NCBI GenBank assembly: GCA_964247055.1
Contig: OZ176051.1
Span: forward strand, 12,338,001-12,402,000
DNA: 64,000 nt
Direction of reading: 5' to 3'
Origin: Paragordius varius
Lineage: Eukaryota > Animalia > Nematomorpha
Of this stretch, positions 40,939 to 55,188 are shown in pieces. Below the pieces are notes generated by a model. That model saw only the letters and a program-made list of their open reading frames with translations. It ran no database searches and was not told the DNA's origin. The number at the start of each line of letters is the position of its first letter. Position 1 is the stretch's first letter. A program made the position numbers and the translations under genes.

Positions 40939-41809
40939 TTAATGCCAATAGATCTCGAATAAACAAAATAAAATATTATTTTGAAACATTGAAAAATTAT
41001 TAAAGCTTGATAGTTTTGTATAGGATATTAGATTATGTTTAAATCCAATTGAACAAACATTAGATAATTAATCGAATATCCAATTTTATTTAAAACATTA
41101 TTATGCTTCAATATATACGCCTAATACGGTTATTGTTAATTCATTTATTATGCATATTTGTTAGTTATGCTCTTAAAATTCCCCATGATTTTTTTTAATT
41201 TGGCCCAATAAGATCCAACCATATTAAGCGCTGGTAGCTTAAAATATATTTAAGCATTGATTAAAATATTAATTTATATATATAGTGTAATGACAAATAA
41301 AAATTATCTCGAAATATATCACTAATAAAATCTTCTCATTATTTTTTTGTTTGTGCGAATCTTAACGAAAATATTGTTCATTTTGAACAATCGCTCCATA
41401 CACATGTACAAACGTAGGGTTAAATCTGATGTAAAAATATATTTTATATTAAAAATATATAAAGATTCTTACAGTGTTGGCAAATTACTTAAAAAGGCTA
41501 CCATTTTTAGTATATATATATCGGAAAATCGGAACACATAACACTGGTCCAAAAATCGGGGATAATGTTCCTGATATCTATATATTTTCTGATAGGAAAT
41601 ATATTATACTTAGCATGGTGGTTTTGTATTTTATGGTATAAAAATGTTTTAAAGAAGTAATTTACATTTTTATAGTTGTTATATGAGAAGATGATCAAAC
41701 TTTGGCACATAGATAAAAAATTTTGGTAAAGGCTAAATGTTTCATTTAAAAAACTAAAATTATTAATTATACCACATGTTTTTACTCGTGAAGCGTTCAT
41801 GTGAGACAA

Positions 41810-42070
41810 CTTGTCTTGCCATAAAAGTCTATCTATAGCGCCTTCTGCTTTTAGCTCATATTTCGTTATCTTTTTATTGTGTTATCTATCTCGTTCCCAC
41901 GTCCTTTTTTTCAATTATATGAACTTCTGTTTTTCCAACATAATTAGAATCTTTCCTTTCAATGTGCCCAAACCAACGTAGCTTTCCCTTTCCACTATTA
42001 GTTAACATATATATTCCCACGATTCTTAATTTGGTTGGGGTGATAAAGTCGCACTTGTCCTGTAAGCCAA
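41810..42070 (-). mobile_element. RTE LINE 3' fragment
   Basis: Minus strand gives GKLRWFGHIERKDSNYVGK, the LRWFGHV.R motif of RTE ORF C-termini. Confidence 0.65.
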
Positions 42071-43691
42071 GCGTGGTAAGTTGAGCAAATACTTAAGCCA
42101 GCAAGTGTACACTTAAAGATCGGTGATAAAAAACACTTAAGTCAAGTCTTTGCTTATGAATGTAACATTATTTTACCACCCTATTCAAATTATGAGGAGA
42201 GTATTTTGAAATATTATAACGAATATTTATTAATAAAGGCAACAAAAAATTTAAAACCCAATACAATAGGCATTTATTGAAATAAACTCAAAGTCAAGTA
42301 TGTTAAAATTATAAATATTAGATTTTTTTAAATATTCAACCCGGTATCTATAGTTTTATAGATGATGCAATTATTCGCCCTTTAAACACTAGTATTATTT
42401 TACTACAAGTTTAACACAATACAGTTATAATACATACATAATTTATCATATATCTTATTTATTTATTTTAAGAAATAGCAAACTCACGAAATATTGTGCT
42501 TAAAAAATCTAACCAAAAGTTTAGGATATTTGAGAGGAGATATATAATATTGGATTTAACTCAGTAATCACGGAATAACTGGTGATATCTATATGAAAAC
42601 AATTTACGTAATTCAAGTAAAAATATTTCTAAAAACATATAGATTGTTGCACGTTAAAACCTATCTACTTTAATAGGACGCACCCTGAACAATTTTTAAG
42701 TTATTAATCCTATATATCCATATAAGGTTAATTTATTTTTAAACATATATAACCTTTTAGATTATAAATTAAAAAAATATCCTTTCATTATCAAAATTTA
42801 TATTATGTTTGTTACTGATTACAGTGAACAAATGTACATGAACAATTTTAGAAACAAATCGGAGCGCAAAAAATAGAGTTGCAACATATGCAACGTTTGT
42901 TAAGAATGATGAAAGCATCGATTTTATAACATCCCAAATTTTCCCTAATGATATAAATGAAAAAAGTGGGGGCGCAGTTTCACCCAGATTATGTGGGGAA
43001 ATTTTCCCCCGTTACATTAGCGACCCCGGGTTTCAGACTTGGGTAGCAAATGATTTTGGTGTAGAACAATCCACCGTAACTATAACAGTATCTAAAGTGG
43101 TGGAAAAAATCTATGACATGGCTCATAAATGGATCCGATTTCCATGTGACCAGTTCCAACTAGAAGACGCTAAACAACGTTGCCAGAAGAATCATAAGAT
43201 GCCAACAGTCATAGGTGCCATCGAATGTCACATTGACATCATGCGGCTTTAGCAATTTGGAGACGAATAAATAACCAGAAAAAGTCGATGCAGCTCAATT
43301 GTTAATTTACCTGTGACGGTGATGAATTCATAACGATTTCAAATGCCGGGAAGCATTCACGATAGCAGGATTTTCCGCAAAAGTATAATACGTTTATTAA
43401 CCAATACCAATGCCGCACTATTGGGTGACAGTGGGTATGGAATTAGGCGTTATTAAATAACACCATTTTAAAACCCTAACAACCTTAAACTAAATTCAAT
43501 ACATTCCGCGCCAAAGAGAGAGTAGTCATTGAAAGACTATTAGGTCAACTCAAACGCCGGTTTCCAATATAGCATAATAAATGCGAGTCCGTTTAAATAC
43601 CGTAATAATATAATTGTAAGCTCCGCCGTTTTATATAACATGGGTAATTTTCAAAGGATGATTAGATGATGTGATATCGATTGATCTAAAT

Positions 43692-46600
43692 CAGGAGTGT
43701 CCAACACAAATGGCTTGAAGAGCCACCTTTTCGACCTCAAAATTCCAAAGAGCCACTTTTTATTTATATAAATCAAGACATTGGTAACAAATAAATTTAT
43801 TATATTATTTGCTAATTAAATTATATCAATGCGTAAAAAAAGATAAAAATACATGGGTATGGTAAACTCATTGCAATTCGATAGTATGACTAGAGTAGAC
43901 CGTGGCGAATTTTATCACCAAAATGTAACCTCATTTATTCACACTGCGAGTTTATCATGAGGTGCGTACATGAAATTTTAAAATGTGTTTTAAGTATTTC
44001 GCGCGATACAAGATCACGATGAATCAAGCAATGGACCTGACTTAAAAGAAAATACATAAAAGCACATATATTAGCATCCTCAATTGATAGTCTCTGCAAA
44101 AGAATTTTACCATCTTAAAGGGAGATGATAATCATGCAATTTAAAATGTATTGAGTTAAATATGAGCGTGTCTTGTTTGATAACGATTGGTGCCCATCCA
44201 CGATGGGAAAAAACAAGGGTAAGATGGAAACCGATGCCATAAATATGATCAAATATATATAATGCATTGACACCGTAAAAATCTCTGTGCACATGATTGT
44301 TGTCGAGGAAAATGTCTAATAAAGTTTTTTTATCTAATAAAAATAAAAAAAATATTTTTCATTGCATAATTAAATTTTTAATGGGATATTTGTTTTGTAT
44401 ATTTTTGCTTAATTTATTCAGAGCTATATTAATATTTGATACAGCACATCTCAATTCATTCTCCAAGTTTTCATCAGTTAATAAAGAACGTGAAAGAGAA
44501 TTTGTGTATTTCATTTTAGAAAAAAAACTTTCACAAAGATAAGTGGACCCAAAAGCACAAATTAATCTTTGTGCAAAAATTCTTAAATTAGGAAATTTAT
44601 CAAACGTTATATATTTTTTATAAAATTCAATTTTATTTGTTTGCCCAAATAATAATTTTAATTCATTATTGGATTGAAAATCTAGTAATTCCATTTGTAA
44701 ATTAATAGGATCGTTGATAGCTTCAACGTAGAATGGACAACAAAATAAATCAAATATTTTTTCATATTTTGTCATATCCAGTATCGATTATTAAAAGCTT
44801 TTGATAATATGTTAATTTGATCTGCATATTTTAAAATCGTTAGTTTTACCAGCTTTATATCTATTCAATTCTGGAAAATGTTCAGCATTATTTTTTTAAA
44901 TGGCATTTAAATAACGTCAATTTTTTACAAAACGCTTTAATATGGTTTTTCGCATCAACAATTAAATTATCTTGCTTTTGCAAGGATTCATTTTTTTGAT
45001 TTAGTTTTTCGGTAATATCTACGGATAAGCATAAATCTGACAACCAATCTTCAATGGTTAATTCTACAAATAATTATTCTGCAATAGAAAAATATTTATT
45101 TCTTTTAATAAATAATAAAACCTTTTTAGACATTTCCCCCAACCAAGCCACCTTACATTTGAAAAAATATAAGATCTCCATATTGTGAATGAATTTCTTT
45201 TAATAACTCCTTAAACTGCCTATGCTTCAAAGCATGAGATTTTATAAAATTGACTTCTTTAATAACAACGGTCATAACATTGTCCATTTTCAGAGCATGT
45301 GCGCAGAGATTTTCACGGTGAATCATGCAATGCATTATACATATATGGTCAATATTAATACCATCGGATTCCATCTTATTTAACAATAATTTCACGGTTC
45401 CCTTGTTTTTTCTCATCATAGCTGGGGCACCATCTGTTGTCAAACAAGATAGCGCCCATATTTAATTTATTTTCCTCAATACAATTTAAAGCTTGAAACA
45501 TATCATCTCCCTTAGTTGGTTTTTCATCGGAAGTAAGCCTAACATATCTTCTGTTATATTAAAAAATTCATCTATCCCTCGAATAAAGACTACCAATTGT
45601 GATATGTTGCTTATATCTGTGCTTTCATCAAATGACAAGGAAAACGCCACAAAATTTCGAATTCTTTCTTTTAGGGAAAGTTGAATTTCTTCTGCGATGT
45701 CGGTAATTCGTCGACACATAGTATTGTGCGAAAGACTTCTACTGGATATTAATCAACTTTATTAGGCAAAACACATTTTATAATTTCCAGTACGCATTCC
45801 TTTACAAACTCACCATCAGAATAAGGCTTCATTTTTTTGGCGAGTAAATTGGCAACAATATAACTTGACTTTACTATCGGATAAGGTTGAGTGAATGAAA
45901 TTGTTGGTTGGAGATTATTAATATTTTTTAAAGATTTTAATTTTATTATTTTCATTTCTGTAGTTATATTAATAAAAATGCATGGTATTGGCATGTCTTT
46001 TTTAATCATACTCGCGAAACCCGTTTGTTGTAAATTTGCAAAGATAAGGCACTCCGCTTTGTTGTTGAGTAAACCCATATTTTAATTCCCAGTCGGGATT
46101 GTATTTTCTAGTTACTTTTTTAGATTTATGCATATTGAAAGCTAAATAAATTATTTTAAATACCTATTTTTTTGCAAGTAATTTGTTTCAATGGACCCAA
46201 ATTATAATTCCCAGTATTGGTATGAAAGTTAAATAAATTATTTTAAATACCTATTTTGCAAGTAATTTAATGTTTAAATGGACCTTAATTATAATTCCCA
46301 GTATTGGTATGAAAGCTAAATAAATTACACCTATTTTTTAGCATGTATTTCAATGTTTCAATGGACCCAAATTATAATTCCCAGTATTGGTATGAAAGCT
46401 AAATAAATTATTTTAGATACCTATGTTTTCCAAGTATTTCAATGTTTCAATGGACTCAAATTATAATTCTCAGTATTGGTATGAAGGCTAAATAAATTAT
46501 TTTAAATACCTATTTTTTGCAAGTAATTTAATGTTTTAATTTAATGTGAAAGTTATCATCTTGAAGTTGGAAATAACATGCAGGAAAAAATGTGTTTTAT

Positions 46601-46828
46601 AAATGATTAAATCAATTTGATGATAGATATTTATAGTAAAGAATTTTATTAAAAGTTTATAAAAATAATTTGAATGTCAAAATGATGCATAATTTAAATA
46701 TAAAATTTTTTTAAAAAAAATAGAAATTTTTTTTTTAAAAAAAAAATTTTTTTCAAAATTTTTAAAGAGCCACTCAAAATTTTCGATGAGCCACTAGGGG
46801 CTCGCGAGTATTCTGTTGAACACCCCTG
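43692..46828 (-). mobile_element. hAT (Charlie/Buster, GTF2IRD2-like transposase) element, 3137 bp, frameshifted
   Basis: Perfect 8-bp TSD ATCTAAAT; TIR caggagtgtccaac / caggggtgttcaac. Minus-strand ORFs carry KPYSDGEFVKEC, FSLSFDESTDISNISQLVVFIRG, TTDGAPAM, HCMIHRENLCA and FGSTYLCESFFSKMK…RSLLTDENLE. Confidence 0.95.
46130..46540. repeat. Tandem array of ~4 units of 85-110 bp in the hAT subterminal region
   Basis: The unit gaaagctaaataaattattttaaatacctatt…caatggacccaaattataattcccagtattggtat repeats. Confidence 0.85.
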
Positions 46829-47046
46829 ATCTAAATAATATTAATGATGATTATGATGATGAAGACAATGCGGATAGTGATAGTGCTCTGAGAGAAAGAA
46901 TCTCAGGGCGACAAAAACGAGATAATATAGTAATTATATTAAACGCATATAATTTATTATAAATTCTCACTAGAATATAAATATAAAATAAATTGATACT
47001 ATAATTATTGAAGTTTGTGTTTTTCTGAAAGTAAAATTTCTTTTTA

Positions 47047-50000
47047 CAGTATGCATTTTAATGTATGTTAAGTAATTTTATTGCCAGTCAAATAACATAA
47101 ATGGTTTATCAAATGCGTAAAATACTGACCCACAAAATTATATCGTAGTACACATATGAAAGAGGATTGACATGAGAATTAACATAGGCTAAATTTGATG
47201 GATATTATGTAATGTTAAATTTTGATAATATTATAGCAAAATTTATGTTAACATTTGAAATATTGTTGTTACGTATTTAGATGCGGAATTTTGTGGGTGT
47301 TTTTTTCTTTGATAAATTAATAAATAGTAAAATAGGTATTTTAAGATTATTTATGTTAATTATTCCTATGATAATATTTTACAACATGATAATTACCTGT
47401 ATTAATCAAAATTGGTATTATTATTTTATATAGTTGTTATTACAAAAAAACACAGGTAAATATATATTTGTCATATTAAATAGAATTATATTGTTTTTGT
47501 TTTTTATGTTTTGCATTGTTAATTATTAATAATTTTAAGTATTTCAGACATTTTAATCAGGTAAAAAATGTGGTTTTTAATAAATTTAGTCAAATTTAAT
47601 TTTTTTTGTTTTTTTATTTAACATTGTTAATTGTAATTAATTACTACATAATTTGGACATTTTAATGAATACAGGTAAAAATTGCTGTTTTTAGGGAAAA
47701 TTTATTTTTTTGTTTTTTAGGTTTTGCATTGTTAATTGTAATTAATTACTACATATTTTGGACATTTTTATAAATACCGGTAAAAATTACAATTTTTAAA
47801 TAATTTAGTAAAAATTTAATTTTTTTTGTTTTGTAGGTTTTGCATTGTTAATTATAATAATTACTACATATTTTGGACATTTTAATAATTACAGGTAAAA
47901 ATTTAATTTTTTTTGTTTTTTTATTTAACATTGTTAATTGTATTACTACATATATGGAAATTTTAATAATACAGGTGAAAATGGCGGTTTTTAACGAATT
48001 TCAAATTTAATTTTTTTTCTATCATTGTTATTTGTTATTAATTATTAAATATACATTTAAAAAACAGGTGAAAATTGCGGTTTTTATAAATTATAATTTT
48101 TAATTTTTTGTTCAACCTTTCAAATTTATTAATTACTATATATTTTTGATACATTGATATATACAGGTAAAAATTACTATCACTTGCGGTTTTTTAAATG
48201 TCTAGGAAAATTATTTTTTTTTGTTTTACATTGATAACTAATATATAATATAGATATCTGAGCATACAGGTAAAAATGTATGTTGTGGTTTTAGGTTTGA
48301 CATTTTATTTTCCAAATCCAACTATGTATAATTTTACAAACACCTTATGTCACCAAAGATTGAAAATAAGATCAAAATATATAAAACATCTTTTAAAGTA
48401 TCTGTATATCGCCAAATATAAATAATTTATTTATATAAATGCATAATTATACAAAATATTCATATTATTATGTTTAAAATTGGCATTTTTCTTGATATTA
48501 ATACAGGTAATTTGTTTCTACTCGATATAAGATGCGGTGTGCGTTCATGATGATCATATCTTAGATTGAAGAATATCATGAGATGCCAAAAAATAATTAA
48601 ATGCAGATAATCCTGAAATTTCAATCACCATTATTTTCTGGGTAAATTCTATCAACTAAAATATAAGATAGAAAGGTATTTATTAATATATTAGAAAATT
48701 GATACCTGGATTCTAGAATTATTTTCAACATAATTTTAAATATTGGGGGCTAAAACAATCAAAGTTTGAAAGTGGGTTGACATGGCTTTTTAACTCAATT
48801 TGCAAAAAAAATTTCTTCATGATGAAAATTCAAAAAGGATACTTTATGTTTTCGCGTTTTCGTTCTCCCATCCTAAACTATAAATATGAAAAGGCTTATA
48901 CGATTTCACCAATGACGTAGAAAATAGAAACAATTTTTTTTCAAAAGCTTTGAATGCAACAGCACTCCGAAAACTAAACAGGCAACACTAACATTGTTTG
49001 CTTTGGTGAAGAATAGATATTTATAGTTAATTTAGTAGAACGAAAACACAAAAACATAAAGTATGATTTTTGAATTTTTTATCATGAAGAATTTTTTTTG
49101 CAAATTTAGTTGTTAAAAAGCCAAGTCAACCTTATTGAGTTCCCTTTCAAACTTTAATTGTTTTAGCCCCCAATATTTAAAATTATGTTGAAAATAATTT
49201 TAGAATCCAGGTATCAATTTTCTAATATATTAATAAACCTTTCTATCTTATATTTTAGTTGATAGAATTTACCCAGAAAACAATGGTGATTGTTTCAGGA
49301 TTATCTGCATTTAATTATTTTTTGGCATCTCATGATATTCTTCAATCTAAGATATGATAATCATGAACGCACACCGCATCTTATATCGAGTAGAAACAAA
49401 TTACCTGTATTAATATCAATAAGAAAAATGCCAATTTTAAACATAATTATATGAATATTTTGTATAATTATGCATTTATATAAATAAATTATTTATATTT
49501 GGCGATATACAGATACTTTAAAAGATGTTTTACATATCTTGATCTTATTTTCAATCTTTGGTGACATAAGGTGTTTGTTAAATTATACATGGTTGGATTT
49601 GTAAAATAAAATGCCAAACCTAAAACCGTAACATGTATTTTTACCTGTATGCTCAGATATGTTAACTATATTTAATATATTAGTTATCACTGTATAACAA
49701 AAAAAATAATTTTCCTAAATATTTAAAAAACCGCAAGTGATAGTAATTTTTACCTGTATATATCAATGTATCAAAAATATATAGTAATTAATAAATTAGG
49801 AAGGTTGAACAAAAAATTAAAAATTTTACTAATTTAATAAAAACCACAATTTTCACCTGTTTTTTAAATGTATATTTAATAATTAATAACAAATAACAAT
49901 GATATAAAAAATATTAAATTTGAAATTTGTTAAAAACCGCCATTTTCACCTGTTTTATTAAAATTTCCAAATATGTAGTAATACAATTAACAATGTTAAA

Positions 50001-52228
50001 TAAAAAAACAAAAAAAATTAAATTTTTACCTGTAATTATTAAAATGTCCAAAATATGTAGTAATTATTACAATTAACAATGCAAAACCTAAAAAACAAAA
50101 AAAATTAAATTTTTACTAAATTATTTAAAAATTGTATTTTTTACCGGTATTTATAAAAATGTCCAAAATATGTAGTAATTAATTACAATTAACAATGCAA
50201 AACCTAAAAAACCAAAAAAATAAATTTTTACCTAAAAACCGCAATTTTTACCTGTATTTATTAAAATGTCCAAAATGTAGTAATTATCACAATTAACAAT
50301 GCAAAACCTAAAAAAACAAAAAAAATTAAATTTTTACTAAAATATTTAAAAATTTTAATTTTTACCGGTATTTATAAAAATGTCCAAAATATGTAGTAAT
50401 TAATTACAATAACAATGCAAAACCTAAAAAACAAAAAAATAATACCTAAAAACCGCAATTTTTACCTGTATTATTAAAATGTCCAAAATATGTACTAATT
50501 AATTACAATTAACAATGTTAAATAAAAAAACAAAAAAAATTAAATTTGACTAAATTTATTAAAAACCGCAATTTTTACCTGATTAAAATGTCTGAAATAC
50601 TTAAAATTACACTAGTCGACAAATTTGGACATTTTTAAGCACCACCACTCAAACTTTTTAAATTATGACTAATTTCAGTGTTTTAAAATCGAATTTGAAA
50701 AAAAATTTGATCCCGCTATCAGAATTTTTAAATTTTATAGGTTTTTCAATTTTTCAAAAACAAGAGAAAATCGAGAGAAAATTAAATATAACTTTATAAT
50801 AAAATGATATTATATTATAAACTTAATATCATTTAATAAAGCGTTTTAAACTCTATCTTTTGAATATAAATATGTCATTTAAATATCAGAGAGAAAAAAA
50901 TAGTACGGACTTAAACGTCAAAATTTAGTCTTTTTTTTCATTTAACACATATAAAAATTTTTTAAAAAAATACTAAAAAAGGCATTCTATGGTTTAAACC
51001 TTCGGCTTTCAGATAGGCTATATTTTTTGTTAGATTTCGTTCTTTCGAGTACTTATTAGGCTTTTTCTCTTGAGTTGGTTCTTATAAAAAATCCTTTATT
51101 TATCCCTAGTGGATATACCTTATTTTTTTAAAATTATTGGTTGTTTTGTATTTTGAATTTCAGATGGATGTTGTGTAGCCACTTTTAGTAGAATGTTATG
51201 GGGTTGGACCATTTGTATTTACCTAATTTATATTCAATTTAATTGTAGAATTTATCTAACTTTATTCTGTAAATTGGTTAATTTGACATGTCAATTTGCC
51301 ACGATTTTGCTTGCAAGTCTCTCTTATCGGACTTTACGATTACTTATTGTTATCTTTGCCATATCTGGCATAATTATTGGATCGCTTGGGGGATATGCAG
51401 AGCTTGTGCTGCCGCCCATATCTATCACACTATACATAAGCCCCTTTAAGATTTTTAATACTTTGGCTCTTAGCTTGTTTAGTATCTTATTTAATGCCTA
51501 GAATTTGTTATCCATGCATGGAATATTAGTTGTATCGACTTGCTTGTTTGAATATTTAAACATATGTACACGAGGAATGATTGTTATTTTCGAATTAAAT
51601 ACAAATTTAAAAATTAAATTTTGGAAAAATCCTATTGGTGGCCTCAATTTTCTTTTTTTGTTTTGGCCTTTCCATGCAATTAGGTATCAGAAAATGCAAA
51701 AATAATGGGTTGGTGCAAAACCTTGTTAAGCAGTGTTATTAATAATTAACAATGCACAACATAAAAAACAAAAACAATCTAAAATCTATTTAATATGACA
51801 AATATATATTTACCTGCGTTTTTTTAATTAGTAATAACAACTATATAAAATAATAATACCAATTTTGATTAATACAGGTAATTATCATGTTAAAAAATAT
51901 TATCAAATTTAGGAATAATTAACATAAATAATCTTAAAATACGTATTTTACTATTTATTAATTTATCAAAGATAAAACACCCACAAAATTCCGCATCTAA
52001 ATACGTAACAACAATATTTCAAATGTTAACATAAAAATTGCTATATATTCTCAAAATTTAACATTACATAATATCCATCAAATTTAGCCTATGTTAATTC
52101 TCACGTCAATCCTCTTTCATATGTGTACTACGAAATAATTTTGTGGGTCAGTATTTTACGCATTTGATAAACCATTATGTTATTTGACTGGCAATAAAAT
52201 TACTTAACATACATTAAAATGCATACTG
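47047..52228. mobile_element. Giant foldback (palindromic) DNA transposon, copy 1; ~4.05 kb without the nested insert
   Basis: TA|CAGTATGCATT…AATGCATACTG|TA. Left arm ~47047-48887, non-palindromic spacer ~130 bp, right arm ~49017-52228 (interrupted by 50610-51735). Each arm contains ~115-bp tandem units with caggtaaaaattgcggttttt. No coding capacity seen. Confidence 0.92.
50610..51735. mobile_element. 1126-bp CACT..AGTG element nested in the right arm of foldback copy 1
   Basis: The empty site is readable in the opposite arm (gaaatacttaaaattattaataattaacaatg) and shows a TTA duplication. Homologous to 33868-34988. Confidence 0.9.
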
Positions 52229-52363
52229 TAAAGCAGTAACACTTCATAATGTAATTCCAAAACTTGAAATTGCATGTTAGCTATCGCGTTTTGAGAAACC
52301 TTTTTTGCTTCTTTATATATTTTTTAATTGTAGGTGGTTGGGGCACGGATGTATTATATAAAT

Positions 52364-54710
52364 CAGTGATACTCAAACCGTGGCCCGCGGGCCGCATGCG
52401 GCCCTAAGAGTGCTTTAAAATTGCCCTATGACCATATTGATACAAAAATATTTTTTTATTGATGAAATTTTAAAATACACATAATCGGATTTTCGCTTAT
52501 TCCAATATTAATTTATTTTATTTAGATTTAATTTTGGTATTTTTCATTTTTACCCAATTTAAAATGTAGACAAATTTCCCTACGTTAAAATGATTACAGA
52601 ATTTTGGAACACGTTGTTTTTGTTTATGCATCTATTTTATTTTTTTATTTTGAAATTATTGCACTTTTTTGTATTTAAGCAATTTCATCCAAACTTGCAT
52701 ACACATATTCTTTTCATTGCTATCCTGCCTCATTTTTTACTCATTCCCATAAATATTTTCAAATCAACATCATTAAATTTCGACCTATTTTTTTTATAGC
52801 ATAATTGAATTATTTTCCTTTTTTTGAAATTTACATAATATTTGAACATAAATTCAAAGGATGACATCTAATGCTGAAAAACGTAAATTATCCGATGAAA
52901 ATCGCTCCTTTTAAAAAGAGAATGGGACAAATTCTATGTCGTTTTAAATAAAAATTTAACTAGCCTCATATGTAAGGACATTATAATTAAAATACAATAA
53001 TGAAAGACATTTTACAATCCATCATTCTCAAAACCAGAAAATCATGAGGAAAGAAACGAAAAATATTAAAAATTAAAGAATTATACCAGGAAGAAAAATC
53101 TACTATGTCCATAGCTTCTCCCAGGAAGGAACTCTAACATTAGCTTCGTATGTGGCTATATTTTAGGAAAAAATATAAAACCGTTTACTGATTGCCAACT
53201 AATCAAAAAAATGTACAATAAATGGTTGCACTTTTTTATTTGATAAATTCCATAGTAAAGATCAAATCATGAGGCGAATTAAAAATCTTCAACTTTCTGA
53301 TTCAACATGTGCTCGACGCATTATATATATTTATTGGCTCCGAAAAACTAAAAATATTTTAGTATTGCTATTGATTGAGCAATGACTCCTCAGTGTGCGC
53401 TCTTGTGAGATTTTGCAACGACAACATATCAACTGGGAATATTTGAAATTTTTACCAATATATAATACCACGAAAGAGAGTGATTTTCTCGAGTAATTAG
53501 CACTTTTTTCGATAATAATTGTATATATATGAAAAAATCGGTTTCGATCTGCACAGATGGCTGTCCCTCTATGATTGGAAACAAGGGATCTATTTCTCTT
53601 GAAATACAAATATAATTTGCAAAATATTTGATCATTTCACTGCTTTATCCATCAGCAAAACCTGGTTTCGTGTGTAAAAGATGAATACTCAATTCAGTAA
53701 TTTAAAACGGTTGTGGATATAGTAAACCACAGGGGCAGAGAATTCTACCGTCGTAAATTCAAAACCTTCTGAAAGATATCCACAGTGAATTTGATGATAT
53801 CCTTTTGTATACCACTGTGAGATGGTTAAACCTTAGCAAAGTATCATATAAATTTTTTGTTTTGAGACATGAAATATTATTTATAAATGATAACAGAAAG
53901 TTTGACGAAGAAATTAATAGTGACAAATGGTGGGTTTTATTAGCCTACCTTTGTGACATTACTTATAAATTTAGTATTTTAAATACAAGTCAAGGGACAA
54001 AAATAATAACCCAATTTGCTAATGGATAATTTAATATAGACAATTTATTTAATTTTATCTAATGAGATGAAATTCAGATTTCAGGAATTAAAAAATATTA
54101 AAAATTGCTTAAAACTTGAAAATCCCTGGCATATGGATATATCCAATATTAAGCAACTTAAGCATTTCGGTTTTGATCATGTGCTATCATTGAAAAATTC
54201 GTTTTTTAAAATGATTCCAATATGAAGGCTATATTCAAGGAGAATCGTAGAGTAGAAACATATGTAGAGTTTTTGCAAGATGTGCCAAATAAAAAGAAAA
54301 TATAAAAAATGTGCTCAAGTTATCCCAACTGTTTTTCCCTACCCTTACACGTTTGAGACGGCATATTCAAGGATGAAGTATGTCAAGATTACATACAGAA
54401 ATCGCTTAACCGATGATCATATGGACGACGTATTAAGATTGGCCTGTCATGAGGCGAAACCAAATTTGTCAAAAATTATTGGTTAATATCAAAATAAATG
54501 TTGTTATCAAAATATTTTAATTGTTTAAACTAAATGGTGCAAAACGAGTTTTTAGCTAAATTACATACGCAAAAAATTATTGTGCTGATTTAAAGTATAA
54601 TGTGCATATGTGTCAAATAGCTATAGGATATTTGCCATTATAATGTTCATGGCCCTCGAAAAAAAATATATTTAATTTGGCCCTTCAAATTTTTTTGGTG
54701 AGTACCACTG
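52364..54710 (+). mobile_element. hAT (Charlie/Buster) element, 2347 bp, degraded transposase
   Basis: Perfect 8-bp TSD ATATAAAT; TIR cagtgatactca / cagtggtactca; ggcccgcgggccgcatgcggccc subterminal motif. Fragments MTSNAEKRKLSDENRSF, CTDGCPSMIG, LLAYLCDIT and FETAYSRMKYVK…RNRLTDDHM. Confidence 0.9.
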
Positions 54711-55188
54711 ATATAAATTAAAGTTAACATTAGTTGTTACGTCTATACCTTTAATATCAAGTTTAAAATAAAAAATCGTAGTTACAATTATAGTTTAATA
54801 TAAACAAATGGATTTTGACTTATAAGGAATATATAATATGAAAAAATTTTAAGATGCGTATACCAAATCAGATTAGCAATTAATATAAATGCGGTATATC
54901 ATAGAGGCGAAATCACACGTGGCATTTATAGTTTAAAAGATATTAAATGTTAAACGAATGCGGCATATTGACTGGTTCTCGAAAGTTTAGAATATTTTTG
55001 AAAATTAAGTTTATTAAAAATATAAAATCGGTAGGGTTTCTAATCTCGGAAAAAATTGATTTAATTACTAAAAAATTTTAATCGATACCACCGTTAATTT
55101 ATAAACTCAAAAAACATAAAATAAATTTAAGACCATGTTAATAATACAAAAATACACTTATCGAACTTAAATTAAAACATCCTATTAA

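Larger units (their letters stand above)
42910..46950 (+). mobile_element. PIF/Harbinger (HARBI1-like) DDE transposase relic, 42910-43691 plus 46837-46950, split by a hAT
   Basis: GGAVSPR…RYISDPGFQTWVANDFGVEQSTV…KWIRFP…VIGAIEC, PGSIHDSRIFR, LLGDSGY and VIERLLGQLKRRF. The acidic C-terminus DDYDDEDNAD…GRQKRDNI resumes after the hAT. Several stops. Confidence 0.85.

Noticed and set aside
47500-50600. Regular ~115-bp repeats that could look like a CRISPR array or satellite
   Set aside because: There are no unique spacers, the context is eukaryotic, and the units are internal modules of foldback arms bounded by TA TSDs.
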